Virus record (IMG/VR): IMGVR_UViG_3300032240_001991
Span: 62,001 to 126,000 of that record
Length of the DNA stretch: 64,000 bases
Direction: 5' to 3' (one strand)
Part shown: in pieces, positions 9,349 through 15,897 of the stretch
Layout: every line of letters starts with the position of its first letter
How positions within the stretch are numbered: the first letter of the stretch is position 1
Made by a program: the position numbers and the translations under genes
Notes under the pieces: generated by a model
The model's database searches: none
What the model saw: the letters and a program-made list of their open reading frames with translations, nothing else
What the model was told of the DNA's origin: nothing

Positions 9349-9972
9349 TCAACCTTCGTATTCACCTTCTGGATCAATCCCATGTTTATTGAGATCGATC
9401 TCTAAATTCTCTTCATCATCCCCGTCCTCATCTTCATACTCTGCCTGCTCGCGTTCGTACTCTTCAATCTGCTCGGAGATACAGAAACGTTCGTCCAGTT
9501 CAGTAATCTGTTCACGGACCTGGTCAGCAGTCCATCCGCTATAGTCTACGGAATTATCTCCTTCACTGTTAGTAAAGGTTCCTGCAAATTGCATACCTTG
9601 TTCATGATAGTAGGCTTCAACTTCAAAGCCCTGCTTTACCATATACTCAAAGAAAGCAATAGGTGGCCCCCATGCACTGTCAAAGAAGAGTTCGATGAGA
9701 TCAACTTCTTCATTGATGATGCGGGCGTCAACATCCCACTTGATTCCCCAGTTCTTGCATTGCCAACTATACCAGTCTGGAGCACCGTACTTCTCAATGA
9801 ACTCAGTGGCTCGCTGCCCTTCCCATTCGGGCGAACAATATTCATGCAACTCTGCAGGGCAAGGCAAGAACTCGTTGAATAATCGGTCGGCCTTGACGCC
9901 AGTCTTGACTCGCAAGATCATAGCCGGGTCCTTGTGGGTAAAGGTCACGTGATTCGCGCACCAATTTGGCAT
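9349..9972 (-). CDS. DUF1281/YubB-like ferredoxin-fold protein
   Basis: MPNWCAN, DWYSWQCKNWGIKWD, FDSAWGPP, YYHEQG motifs. Confidence 0.85.
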   Translation of the reverse strand: MPNWCANHVTFTHKDPAMILRVKTGVKADRLFNEFLPCPAELHEYCSPEWEGQRATEFIEKYGAPDWYSWQCKNWGIKWDVDARIINEEVDLIELFFDSAWGPPIAFFEYMVKQGFEVEAYYHEQGMQFAGTFTNSEGDNSVDYSGWTADQVREQITELDERFCISEQIEEYEREQAEYEDEDGDDEENLEIDLNKHGIDPEGEYEG

Positions 9973-10025
9973 TTAAAATTCCTCTTGTTAGTGTCTGTGT
10001 ACTATAGCAGAGGTTTTACCAATTG

Positions 10026-10211
10026 TCAACCTCTCATTAGGTCAAAGATGCTTCGTTGTAGATCTGCCAGTTCATCATGCGGAACATAAAAGTCTGTTCT
10101 AGGATCCCAGTACTCGCCCTCTTTGGGATCATAGTACAAGACCCTGCCGTTGGGATACTGGAAGGGGCCTTCCAACCCCTTCCTGGGCCCATAGTCTTTA
10201 GAGAGGGCCAT
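10026..10211 (-). CDS. Conserved phage hypothetical protein (start refined to MALSK)
   Basis: GLEGPF.YPNGRVLYYDPKEGEYWDP.TD motif. Confidence 0.7.
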   Translation of the reverse strand: MALSKDYGPRKGLEGPFQYPNGRVLYYDPKEGEYWDPRTDFYVPHDELADLQRSIFDLMRG

Positions 10212-10362
10212 TGACGCGCCGGTCAAGTGCGGCACCCCAACCAGCAAAGGCTACCACCCATGCAATAGAAGCACTAGAGTCACCCAAATACCAGTTGATA
10301 AGAAAAAGAATCAGCGTTGATGCCACTAGGCCAAATTCAAGAAAAGTAAGATACCGTTTCAT
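10198..10362 (-). CDS. 54-aa two-TM membrane protein (not in the ORF track)
   Basis: Manual translation MKRYLTFLEFGLVASTLILFLINWYLGDSSASIAWVVAFAGWGAALDRRVNGPL; AAGGAG RBS. Confidence 0.6.
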   Translation of the reverse strand: MKRYLTFLEFGLVASTLILFLINWYLGDSSASIAWVVAFAGWGAALDRRVNGPL

Positions 10363-10448
10363 AAGAACTCCTTAAGAATGGCAGTTTTTTCTGTAGTGCT
10401 GCCAACTGCGGTCTATACTTATATAGCGCCTGTCCTCGCGCTTCCGGA

Positions 10449-10781
10449 TTAGGCTGCGTCGCGCAGGCGATAAATCACGCCCGTCGCAGTCTCCACAATG
10501 TCAACATCGCTGTTGGCAGCGTACCAGTCAAAGTTACGGACCTTGGTGCTGTCACGCTCCCAGTCGGTAGGACCTTCAACCTTGACCGCAAGCCACTTCT
10601 TGCGGATGTTGAAGAACACGCGACGTCCTGGGTAGACTTCGCGAACACGTTCAGCAAAGTGTTCACCGCCCTTGATGTAAGAGTCGGGCCAAAGCCGGCG
10701 GTTCTCGCGGCTCTTGTTGACGGCGTCCACGTAGGCGCCCACGCGATCAGATGCAAACCAGTTTTCAGTACGCTTGAACAT
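10449..10781 (-). CDS. Hypothetical early protein
   Basis: AAGGAG RBS; promoter 10821-10849. Confidence 0.75.
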   Translation of the reverse strand: MFKRTENWFASDRVGAYVDAVNKSRENRRLWPDSYIKGGEHFAERVREVYPGRRVFFNIRKKWLAVKVEGPTDWERDSTKVRNFDWYAANSDVDIVETATGVIYRLRDAA

Positions 10782-10857
10782 TTTTCGCTCCTTTTGCTAG
10801 CACCTTGCTAGCGTGCCAATACTATAACAAAGGTTTTACCAACTGTCAACCATTAAA

Positions 10858-11190
10858 AAAATGCATTCTCCCTGCTGGCGGTATTTTCCATTCACCACAA
10901 ACAATTATGTGGTATCCGCTGCCCAACACAGGGAGACTGTCGTGCTGCTAACGCCCGTTTGGTTTGACGGCAGTATTGCTACTGGAGACCATTGACCACT
11001 CACCTTGCGGTGGATAGGCTGTTCTCAAACCACCCGTAGATGTCACTCTACTTCTATCGTGCGGGTCACACTAGCCGCTAACTAGGCGGCGTGTTCAGTA
11101 AAGATTGGTTGGAAAGATTCGTCAAAATCTATCTTCGCCAGTTGACGCTGACCGCCCAAACCTGGGCGCCAATCTTAAATCGTTTAACTT
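10858..11190 (-). ncRNA. Candidate large structured ncRNA A (about 330 nt), family not recognised
   Basis: No ORF of 60 aa or more in 10782-11234; own promoter 11197-11225; at least eight helices including two GCAA tetraloop hairpins; ends in a U-tract. Confidence 0.65.
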
Positions 11191-11234
11191 GGGTCTAGCA
11201 TAACAATTTTACCAAACCCTGTCAACCAAATTGT

Positions 11235-11480
11235 TTACTCTTCTACCGCAATGACAGAATCCTTGCGGAAACTGCGCCATCCGGCCTTTTCCACATCCCA
11301 AACGCTGACCACATCGGGATTAGGAACTCGAGCCTGCCCCGTGCCAGTGCTGGGCGGCAAACGGCTTTCCTGCAGAGTGCAACGAAGATTCCGTACTGTG
11401 CCATCGCTCTTAGTAAAGCGAACAGTACGCTCACCCAAACGTAGGTCATTCAGCAACTGATCAAAATTGATCTTAGTCAT
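11235..11480 (-). CDS. DUF2693/WYL_2-like SH3 beta-barrel protein
   Basis: V.FTKSDGTVRNLRCTL...VWDVEKAGWRSFR motif; AAGGAG RBS; promoter 11505-11533. Confidence 0.75.
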   Translation of the reverse strand: MTKINFDQLLNDLRLGERTVRFTKSDGTVRNLRCTLQESRLPPSTGTGQARVPNPDVVSVWDVEKAGWRSFRKDSVIAVEE

Positions 11481-11539
11481 ATAGATACTCCTTATTGAGC
11501 CGCCACTATAGCATCAAGAGGGCCTGCTGTCAATTTCTT

Positions 11540-11875
11540 CTTAATTGGGAGTGGGGGTGGACCCCATGTGGTTCCTGAGCAGGTGTCTGTTGACGCGCCC
11601 AGACAAGATTCTGCTCATATATAAGAGTGTGGAGCCGCTGGCTATGGGTGTACCGCGGCTCCCTCCACGACTTTCTGGGATCGAAATCCGCCCTAGACCT
11701 CTGATGTGGGTAGTCGTCTCAGCATTATCGCACCCGGTACACAAGATCTTCCTAATCTTCCGCCGGACTGTTATCCAGCCCGCAACTATGTTGACCAGTT
11801 AGGTCCGGACCTACCCTAGCGATTATCAGCATCCTAGGTCAGCTTTGGACTTCACTTTCTGCTTGGAGTTTTAAC
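11540..11875 (-). ncRNA. Candidate large structured ncRNA B (about 335 nt), family not recognised
   Basis: Starts just after TAAATA (11881-11886); nine or more helices, a UUCG loop, a 7-8 bp pseudoknot; only RBS-less shadow ORFs overlap it. Confidence 0.6.
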
Positions 11876-11892
11876 AAAAGTATTTAACCAGT

Positions 11893-11976
11893 TGGTGCGA
11901 GTGGAGGGATTCGAACCCTCAAGCCGTTGGGCGGCAGATTTTAAGTCTGCTGTGTATACCGTTCCACCACACTCGC
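11893..11976 (-). tRNA. trnL: tRNA-Leu(UAA)
   Basis: GCGAGTG acceptor, anticodon arm GCAGA-CTTAAAA-TCTGC, long variable arm, GGTTCGAATCC T-arm, encoded CCA. Confidence 0.97.
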
Positions 11977-12012
11977 ATATCATACAGTAATTATATATTC
12001 TAAATCTAAATA

Positions 12013-12142
12013 GTCCTAGCCTCGGTTTACTATTCTCTTGCTACCTGATGCAGATGCTTACAGCATCATTTACTAGTATCACAGGCTACCCGCTTCGAAC
12101 AAGGTTAGGTTTGTACTCAACCCGACGAGCCGAGGCTAGGAC
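12013..12142 (-). ncRNA. Candidate 130-nt RNA with 13-bp paired ends inside the tRNA operon
   Basis: GTCCTAGCCTCGG (12013-12025) is the exact reverse complement of CCGAGGCTAGGAC (12130-12142); internal GATGCT-tac-AGCATC hairpin. Confidence 0.6.
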
Positions 12143-12147
12143 ATAAT

Positions 12148-12223
12148 TGGTGGGCCCTCAGGGATTCGAACCCTGAACCAAAGGATTATGAGTCCTCTGC
12201 TCTAACCGTTGAGCTAAAGGCCC
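12148..12223 (-). tRNA. trnI: tRNA with CAU anticodon, probably tRNA-Ile2 (lysidine type) rather than Met
   Basis: 76 nt, GGGCCTT/GAGGCCC-like acceptor ending GGGCCCACCA, anticodon arm GAGGA-CTCATAA-TCCTT, encoded CCA; lacks the initiator GGG/CCC anticodon stem and 1:72 mismatch. Confidence 0.9.
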
Positions 12224-12243
12224 GTGTATATTATTACAGCGGG

Positions 12244-12251
12244 GTATTTAT
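12244..12251 (-). promoter_or_regulatory. T4-type late promoter TATAAATA driving the tRNA/ncRNA cluster
   Basis: Exact TATAAATA on the minus strand about 20 nt upstream of the tRNA(CAU) 5' end. Confidence 0.7.
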
Positions 12252-12253
12252 AA

Positions 12254-12394
12254 TTAACACTCCGTAAGATAGTGATATTCACGCCCTGGAAATTGTGCTT
12301 CGATTAGCCTCTTAGCATCCCAATAGTCTCGAGCCTGCAGCTCATAATCAACTGATCTTCCGTCTATCATCAGTGTACAACGATACCTACGCAT
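12254..12394 (-). CDS. 46-aa hypothetical protein (not in the ORF track)
   Basis: MRRYRCTLMIDGRSVDYELQARDYWDAKRLIEAQFPGREYHYLTEC; promoter TTGACA-17-TATACT at 12426-12454; GAGAG RBS. Confidence 0.65.
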   Translation of the reverse strand: MRRYRCTLMIDGRSVDYELQARDYWDAKRLIEAQFPGREYHYLTEC

Positions 12395-12485
12395 ATATGT
12401 ACTCTCTATCTGTTAGTGTCTGCATAGTATAGGGTCAGATCAGTAAGTTGTCAACAGTGGCCTAAATATATACAGCGGGGTATTA

Positions 12486-13202
12486 CTAGGTACGCCCTGC
12501 CCTTACTACATCTATAAAGAAGTTACCCTGTTTAATTTTATATCCGTTAGATATGATTTGATAGGCTAGTAGTGTCTCTGAGTGCGGAGTTAGTCCTTTC
12601 GATATAAATTCGTTAAAATGATTAACAGAGTCAGTGTACAGTCGCATACCGTTTGAAGATGATACAGCAAAGGATGAGTTGATTTGATAACCGTTATGAC
12701 CATGACCTATGTTGCTATCAGTAACTATAGTGTTAGGGTCACGAGATATAACATCATTAACTTCTCTAAGATCTAAAGGTGTGCCTTTTACTCCCGCATC
12801 AGGACGAGCTCTGATCACAAGGTCGTACTCACCGTGAGTTTTTTCATACTCTTGTCTAAGTAAATCAGATTGGTGTAGACTGGTATAATGCATCCAAAGT
12901 CTAAAGTCAGTAACAGATCGGTTATGCGGACTGATGTGAGGGAAGTTTTCCATATCATCAAGTTTGAGTACTACCAGTCTATGTCCTGCTGGTAACCCTT
13001 TTTCTATTTTGGATAAGGTACTTTGGTAGTCTAAGGTATCACTCCATTCGGGTAACATTAGAGAAGTATCACCGTCAACAATATTGTTTCTCCATAGATA
13101 AACGAACCAATCTATTTGATCAGCGCCAACGATGTTTTTACAAAAGAAATCAAACTCTCTGCAGAATCTGGGTTGACCTGCAATAATTCCTGCAACTTTC
13201 AT
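12486..13202 (-). CDS. Putative glycosyltransferase-related protein
   Basis: N-terminal AGIIAGQPR and YDLVIRARPD motifs, as seen in phage and giant-virus glyco-gene families; TAAATA upstream. Confidence 0.5.
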   Translation of the reverse strand: MKVAGIIAGQPRFCREFDFFCKNIVGADQIDWFVYLWRNNIVDGDTSLMLPEWSDTLDYQSTLSKIEKGLPAGHRLVVLKLDDMENFPHISPHNRSVTDFRLWMHYTSLHQSDLLRQEYEKTHGEYDLVIRARPDAGVKGTPLDLREVNDVISRDPNTIVTDSNIGHGHNGYQINSSFAVSSSNGMRLYTDSVNHFNEFISKGLTPHSETLLAYQIISNGYKIKQGNFFIDVVRAGRT

Positions 13203-13239
13203 GTCTTGTACCTTTAGTTTTATTTAATGCTCTAATAGA

Positions 13240-13268
13240 TTGACTGCTGAAAAAACCTTTGCTATAGT
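13240..13268 (+). promoter_or_regulatory. Early sigma70 promoter at the strand switch
   Basis: TTGACT-17 nt-TATAGT, with a GAAAAAACC variant of the box in the spacer. Confidence 0.75.
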
Positions 13269-13299
13269 AGATAATATCTATATTATAGAGAGATTGTGT

Positions 13300-13677
13300 A
13301 TGGGTACTAATTATTACGTTGCCAAAAACAAGTGCGAATGCTGCAAACGCTATGACGAAGAATTCCATATTGGAAAGTCTTCTAGCGGTTGGGCATTTAC
13401 CTTTCAAGGCTACAAGTATGATGGTCTAGTCTCTTGGAAGTTTTACAAAGAATATCTCAAGGATAAGATTATCATGGATGAGTATGGAGAACAAATTTCC
13501 TATGATGAGTTTGTTTATATGGTAGAAACCTACAAGTCTCCAAATTATATTAATCCACATAACGGAATCAAGAATCATCTTCATAATGATGCTGCGCGAA
13601 AGCAGGGTTATTTCAATCCTGATTATGATTGGGATGATGAAGATGGGTATTCTTTTGGGACAAGGGAGTTTTCGTGA
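13300..13677 (+). CDS. Conserved phage hypothetical protein (start refined to MGTNYY)
   Basis: MGTNYY...HIGKSS.GW.F motif; GAGAG RBS. Confidence 0.8.
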   Translation: MGTNYYVAKNKCECCKRYDEEFHIGKSSSGWAFTFQGYKYDGLVSWKFYKEYLKDKIIMDEYGEQISYDEFVYMVETYKSPNYINPHNGIKNHLHNDAARKQGYFNPDYDWDDEDGYSFGTREFS

Positions 13678-13797
13678 CAAAGAATCAACATCGCCGGCGC
13701 AGTCTAAAAGACCTAGACCGTGTAATAGAAGAGAGCATTGCTCGCAATCCTATATGGTATGCAGAGATACAACAAATTATCAAAGAGAAGTTGAAGA

Positions 13798-14010
13798 ATG
13801 CGCGAAAAACTAGATAGCGACGGACGACCTGCCTCCTTTCACAAAGGAGATAGGGTATTTGTTATTCCTGTAAAAATGGAGGCAACTGTTATTCGTCAAA
13901 TTCTTCATTATGATATGTACGAATCATTCTGGGGAAATCTAGAACTAGAGTACGACGACGGTAAGAAAGGCACTTGCAACTGCTGGCAGGTTAAGAGGGT
14001 TGAAGAATGA
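13798..14010 (+). CDS. Hypothetical protein
   Basis: Part of a coupled run of small ORFs (13674-14968) with ATGA overlaps. Confidence 0.7.
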   Translation: MREKLDSDGRPASFHKGDRVFVIPVKMEATVIRQILHYDMYESFWGNLELEYDDGKKGTCNCWQVKRVEE

Positions 14011-14149
14011 CCGCTGAACAAATTGAAAAGATTATGAAACTTGTAGATGAGTATGGTCGTCAACGCTCACTTGGCAATGAGTATGATAATCGAACCTTTG
14101 AGCAAGAAGCAAGAAATAAGATTGTTGAAGCACTAAAAAAGGTAAAGCA

Positions 14150-14344
14150 ATGAACGAATATCAAGACTTGATTGAGGCACTCAATCTAGCCATTCGCAAT
14201 GTAAACAAATCTATTGACATCGAACAGCGTATTAGCCATGATGTTCATAAGCATCAAGGGCTTGTGCAAGTGCGAGACCAACTTGAAAAGTATCGCGAGG
14301 GTGTGGTAGCACTACGGAAGCGTATGGAGGTTGTAGGTCGATGA
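14150..14344 (+). CDS. Hypothetical coiled-coil protein
   Basis: AAGG RBS; coupled to its neighbours. Confidence 0.65.
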   Translation: MNEYQDLIEALNLAIRNVNKSIDIEQRISHDVHKHQGLVQVRDQLEKYREGVVALRKRMEVVGR

Positions 14345-14489
14345 ACAAACAAAAACGTCGTCGCTGCTGCAATTGCAATATGTTGACTTTAAAATGGCAA
14401 CGAATTAATGGAAGCCCTTGGCATTGCTATGATGGCTGCAAAAGCACTACTGGCTGGGATCATAGGTTACAACATTTTGGAGTTGAAGA

Positions 14490-14732
14490 ATGACCAAACA
14501 GATGGATCGTTGGGACAGCAGTAAACCCACAAGCGAACAAGCGTTTTTGGGCGATGTAACAATCATTGTCAAAACTGAACACGCTCGCGAACAGTTGCTG
14601 CTAGCATTAGAATATCTTCACGATGCCAGTCTTGATAAACATTCTACAATTGATACCAACTATATGGCGGTAAACTCTCTACTTCATGGGTACCAAGACT
14701 ATAAAATATTGGTTAAAGGAGTTGAACAATGA
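14490..14732 (+). CDS. Hypothetical protein
   Basis: GGAG RBS; ATGA overlap with the next ORF. Confidence 0.65.
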   Translation: MTKQMDRWDSSKPTSEQAFLGDVTIIVKTEHAREQLLLALEYLHDASLDKHSTIDTNYMAVNSLLHGYQDYKILVKGVEQ

Positions 14733-14968
14733 TTTTCCTAGGTTTTATGTTGGGTTTGCTTTTTTGCGTTTTAGCAATGTCACTGTGGTATTGGTTAGAC
14801 GAACGTCGAGAGAAACGCGAGATTGAACAGTCTACACCCGAACAAATTGACGAATTAATGGTACAAGAATATCTATCACTCTTTGTGGAAAAGGATCGCA
14901 AGAATCTCTGTAGACAACGAGCACTTGAAAAGTTTAAGCAGCAATATGGACGAGATCCTCAGCTATAA
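14729..14968 (+). CDS. Single-TM membrane protein
   Basis: N-terminal MIFLGFMLGLLFCVLAMSLWYW; AAGGAG RBS. Confidence 0.7.
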   Translation: MIFLGFMLGLLFCVLAMSLWYWLDERREKREIEQSTPEQIDELMVQEYLSLFVEKDRKNLCRQRALEKFKQQYGRDPQL

Positions 14969-15005
14969 ACTAATAGATAGTAATTACAGCGGGGTATTAC
15001 CCGCA

Positions 15006-15033
15006 GGGCATACTGATAAATATCAGTATGCCC
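15006..15033 (+). promoter_or_regulatory. Perfect 12-bp hairpin containing a late promoter and masking the AUG of the next gene
   Basis: GGGCATACTGAT-aaat-ATCAGTATGCCC; TAAATA at 15017-15022, ATG at 15028. Confidence 0.8.
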
Positions 15034-15282
15034 ACATTTAAAGAAATACTCCTACATACCTTTACTGGACGTGATAACTCCACAATAGACATCGGCCGAA
15101 TAATTTGGATGTTGGGTGCTTTATCTTTTCTAGGCTGCGCATTTTACAGCATATACAAAGGGCAGACTTGGAACGCCGTAGAATTCGGCACCGGGTTCGG
15201 GGCTGTATTAGCAGCAGGCGGAGTTGCTATTAGAATAAAAGCAGATACTGAACCTGACCCTAAAGATAAATCAAATTCATAA
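15028..15282 (+). CDS. Two-TM membrane protein, holin-like candidate
   Basis: TMs IIWMLGALSFLGCAFYSIY and FGTGFGAVLAAGGVAI, charged C-terminus; late promoter. Confidence 0.55.
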   Translation: MPTFKEILLHTFTGRDNSTIDIGRIIWMLGALSFLGCAFYSIYKGQTWNAVEFGTGFGAVLAAGGVAIRIKADTEPDPKDKSNS

Positions 15283-15316
15283 TCGCGTAAATTAAAATTA
15301 CAGCGGGGTTTTACGT

Positions 15317-15883
15317 TTAGCCTATTCGAAATGTAGTCCAAGCACTGGCACCACCTATAGTGACAAAGGCAGTTCTCAAATGAGCAGTGTTAACTAACCC
15401 TGAGTTACTGCTGTAGATGGTTGCACTACCTACAAAGTTATGAGCAGACCCTGCGGCCAATGTCACTGTTCCTGCTACCGCAGTTGACGTATTAATGATA
15501 TACCAATCATATGCCAAGTTTTGAGGCGCGCTGCCACCGTATATAGCATTGAACCCGCCTGATATTATAGTATTAGTTGGAAGGGTCAATGCAATCGTAG
15601 TTCCCCCACCTCCTGACCCTACTAACAGCACTCCGGCGAATATGTTTGACGTTGTTAATGTTGTAGTTGCAGGTAGAAAAACAGGATTGGGTTGATACGT
15701 CAACTGATATCCACCGGTAAATATTAGGTTTTTTGAAGCAAGGATCGAGAGCCCGGCGTATATTCCGCCGGTTGTTTGTATACTTCCAAGGCCTTGAGTA
15801 GCTTCGATAGAACCGTTAACTATTATTTGGCTATCAACCGTTGCTGTTCCGTAGACTCTAGTTCCTGAAAGTAGTTTTGCCAT
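15317..15883 (-). CDS. Putative virion structural (fibre-associated) protein
   Basis: G/T/S/A-rich beta-type sequence; TAAATA 6 nt before the ATG. Confidence 0.6.
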   Translation of the reverse strand: MAKLLSGTRVYGTATVDSQIIVNGSIEATQGLGSIQTTGGIYAGLSILASKNLIFTGGYQLTYQPNPVFLPATTTLTTSNIFAGVLLVGSGGGGTTIALTLPTNTIISGGFNAIYGGSAPQNLAYDWYIINTSTAVAGTVTLAAGSAHNFVGSATIYSSNSGLVNTAHLRTAFVTIGGASAWTTFRIG

Positions 15884-15897
15884 ATAGGTTATTTATT

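Larger units (their letters stand above)
2214..12454 (-). repeat. Dispersed repeated early promoter/leader module (17 copies in this span)
   Basis: TTGAC(A/T/G/C)-16 to 18 nt-TA(T/G)(A/T/G)(A/G/C)T at 2214-2242, 2577-2604, 3882-3909, 4137-4165, 4897-4926, 5557-5585, 6620-6648, 7033-7061, 7386-7414, 7926-7954, 8640-8668, 9325-9352, 10001-10029, 10821-10849, 11197-11225, 11505-11533, 12426-12454; often followed by an ACA(C/G)/ACT-AGCAAGGAG leader. Confidence 0.9.
12233..15313 (+). repeat. Four intergenic direct repeats, consensus WWTACAGCGGGGTWTTAY
   Basis: Copies at 12233-12250, 12469-12486, 14983-15000 and 15297-15314. Confidence 0.85.

Noticed and set aside
11540-11875. RNA B as RNase P RNA or a group I intron
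   Set aside because: Only partial look-alikes (GUGAAGUCC, GACUA, UUGCGGG); no GAGGAAAGUCC/GGCUUA P4 pair, no P4 partner strand and no interrupted host gene
12130-12147. Theta/HDV-like ribozyme after the tRNA 3' end
   Set aside because: I could not build the nested double pseudoknot; the region forms a long terminal stem instead
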